A stretch of DNA of 64,000 nt from contig OZ316895.1 of assembly GCA_973895155.1 (NCBI GenBank), positions 4,591,181 through 4,655,180 of the forward strand, in the 5' to 3' direction. This DNA comes from Marsupella aquatica (taxonomy: Eukaryota; Plantae; Marchantiophyta). Made by a program: the position numbers and the translations under genes. The notes beneath the pieces were generated by a model, which saw only the letters and a list, made by a program, of their open reading frames with translations, made no database searches and was not told the origin of the DNA. This document shows positions 61,293 to 64,000 of the stretch, piece by piece; within the stretch, counting starts at the first letter, position 1, and the number at the start of each line of letters is the position of its first letter.

Positions 61293-64000
61293 TTTGAGAT
61301 GACGCTAGTCTGTCTGCAAGATATGAGTAGAAATTGTGGAGCCACGATAACTTGTCCTTTTTAAGATACACACATATACTCCCTCATATCACATCAGATC
61401 GAGAAAGACTGGGTTGGCCCAAACATTTTACAAGTCAGGCTTGTTGACATCCTGGCAATTTTGTAGGAAGAGAGAGAAAAAAAACTCGTGTATAAAGTTA
61501 AAACTTGTCAGCAGTCATATCATTTCAATCTGGCCCTTAGATGGGTTGTTACATTTCAACTTTTCCTGTACATTAAAATGAAGAAAAGCTTTGGCTCAGA
61601 ATGTTGTGTTACTTGTTTGACCCTGCTAAGTTAGACAGATGGTAAAAAGGACCTCGGTCATCAGGCATTGGCACTAGTACCTTACTGCCCATTGACGTGA
61701 AGCATTTGTCCCCAGCCTTTCCTTTCCATCTTAACAGGATTTCACAGTTCTCAGAACTCAGTCTATCTTGAATGACTCGTTAGTACAGTGAATGATTATT
61801 TGTAAAATAGGACTTTTGATGATGTGTTTTAAACTCGCCCTGGGTGACCTGCAAGCGTAGCCTTGCCTTCTCGAGATTCAGTACAATTCTCTGTTCCTGT
61901 ACAGCGTTTTCAGGATGATACATCATCACTTCACTCCCATCAGCTCAGCTCAAGTTCTTCTCCCATTATCCCAAGAGGCTTCACAGTTTATCACGGATGG
62001 GGTGTGGAACAGTGATCTGGCTAGTAAGCTCAGCACGTTGTTCAGTGGAGCTGGCCCTACCCTCTTCTTCCCCAAGGTGATTCGGAAGGTTCTCTTCTAC
62101 TGGTGAAAATTATGAGATTGTAGACCTCTCTCTACCCTCTCTACCCATGGGAAGCAAGTATAAGATTTCCTTTCCTATCATGTATTTACTTTCTTATTTT
62201 ATTTTTTAAGGAGACAGGCTGAACGGAGAACAAGCTGACCCCTACCAGGGAACTCCCAGTCTGCTCTTCTGAGTGTTGTATTTGTGTGCTTGGGAGCTCA
62301 GCTCAGTGGTGCTAGTTCTTAGCTACTCACGTGACAATAAGTATTCAAAAGTAATTGCATTGCAAGGTTACTGATCGAGATTGACAAGTGAATCTGAGTC
62401 ACTCTTGGAACGCACCAGAAGATCACGCCAGCTATGTCCGTTCTGAGTCAGGGGATCGATGTCAAGATTTGAGCATCCCCATTTGGCAGAACAGTCTGCC
62501 GGCTAGATAGTCAGATCTGGTGATTGTTCAAAGGGTCTAGTTGCCACCATAGCCTACATTATTTAAATTCAGGGTGGGTTCAGGGTCCAAGTGATCTAGT
62601 CGCCCCTTATAGATTCCATTCAAGTTCAGGGGTTCAGATAATACTACCAGCTAAATAGTCAGTTCTGGTTTAGGTGTAAATAATCTACTCGCCACCAATA
62701 GGCCGTCTACCTTTAGGTTCATGGTAGGTTAAGGTTTGAGATGACTACATATGTGTCAGTAGAATAATCTGCAACTGTGAGTATAGTCCAGGCTGCCATG
62801 CCTGGTGCTTCAATTCTTCATCATGACCCTTACAACTTTTTGATCGAAACCCTCTTGTCTGCAATCTGGAAAGAGGCTCTCCTATGCCCTGCAGACGTAC
62901 GTAGGAACCACGTACCTGTCAGAGAGCACCTTGAAGAAATCAGGTCAATTGAAGCGAGCGAAAGCTCCCCGACTAGATCGTTCAAGCTTTGCAAGCTATA
63001 AATCTAGTCGAGCACATGTGGGGTTGAAGTGGTGAAGTGTAGTGGGCCATCTAGTACGTGTATCAGGTGGGGAATGCTCTTATGCATCACAAGAAGTGAC
63101 GATCTCCATATGGCTGCGGACGGGCTCAGGCTATGTAAGTGTATGCGATGCATGGAAAGCCAGAGTTGTACCACAGCGCCTGGTCTGGTGATATCTCGAG
63201 ATGCTTTGAAAGCGTGGAGAGCCAGAGTTGTCCCACTACGCAATCATGGTGTGGTGAAATCTCGAGTTCCTATGAAAGTGGAGGTTGAGCCAGATGTGGA
63301 CCCAGATGTGGACCCAAAAGCTTCCGGACCTGTAACCCCACCTCAAGTGGAGTACATAAGCCCCCCATTTCCACTTAATAATTTGGGGAAAAGAGACTTG
63401 CTAAATTGGCTAAATTTCAGTTGTTGTGATGGGCTCAAAACATCCATTACTGGCTAAACTTTGTTGAGTTGTTATGATGTGGCCAAACTGCCAACGTCGT
63501 CTTGTCGGGCAGTATTGTACACTGTATTTTAGGAAGTATTGTACATCATTCATTAATATATATTGCCAGATCAAGAGATGTCACTTTCAGTCTATTGTGC
63601 TCACAAACCTTTGGTCATGGAATGAACACTCTAGATCGGTTTTTGGCTTGACCAAGAAAACCCTAAGTGGAGTGCACAAGTCCCCACACACCTGGGAAAA
63701 ATTGAGGAAAAAGGGAGTGCTCGAGGCTCATTATTAATACTGAAGCCTCAGGGTCGGTCTTTGACTTGATTGCCCAAGAAAACTTGGGGCTTCCGTGCAG
63801 GTGGTTCATGTCCAAGTGTGTGCATGCTTAGGGTTCCCAGTCTTATTTGCCTTCGGATTCATTGAAGCATCATTCAGTGATCTGATCTAGTAAGTAGCTT
63901 CGTAGCCTCGTCTCCCATCACCATGGGGCTATGTTGGAAGTTGGAAATTGGGCCTGAATATCCTTGACCCACTCCCCATGCCTGTCCCTACTCACTAGCA

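Noticed and set aside
62777-63457. ORFs of 74-142 aa at the window end
   Set aside because: No recognisable motifs or splice structure; probably degraded repeat sequence.

Overview
This is eukaryotic land-plant nuclear DNA, not prokaryotic: it has GT-AG spliceosomal introns, plant-type genes and plant transposon debris. A seed-free plant is my guess, but the species cannot be determined from sequence alone. Six intron-containing genes could be assembled by hand: (1) an unrecognised membrane protein at 1.2-4.3 kb (+) with a 19-aa Pro-rich tandem array, about 5 TM helices and a C-terminal CxWPxxKQIxxxE Cys repeat; (2) peroxisomal 2,4-dienoyl-CoA reductase ending in SKL (-); (3) HGH1/FAM203 eEF2 chaperone (+); (4) PYM/WIBG (-); (5) ubiquitin-activating enzyme E1 (+); (6) an LRR-VI-like receptor pseudokinase (+). 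Intergenic DNA holds a solo LTR with a 5-bp TSD, a 5'-truncated LINE with an A-rich tail, a decayed two-ORF PIF/Harbinger transposon, MITE-like inverted repeats, dispersed repeats present twice in the window, and many minisatellites. The best novelty candidate is the repeat-TM-Cys-repeat protein. Exon boundaries were read manually and family assignments are from motif recall, with no database search.
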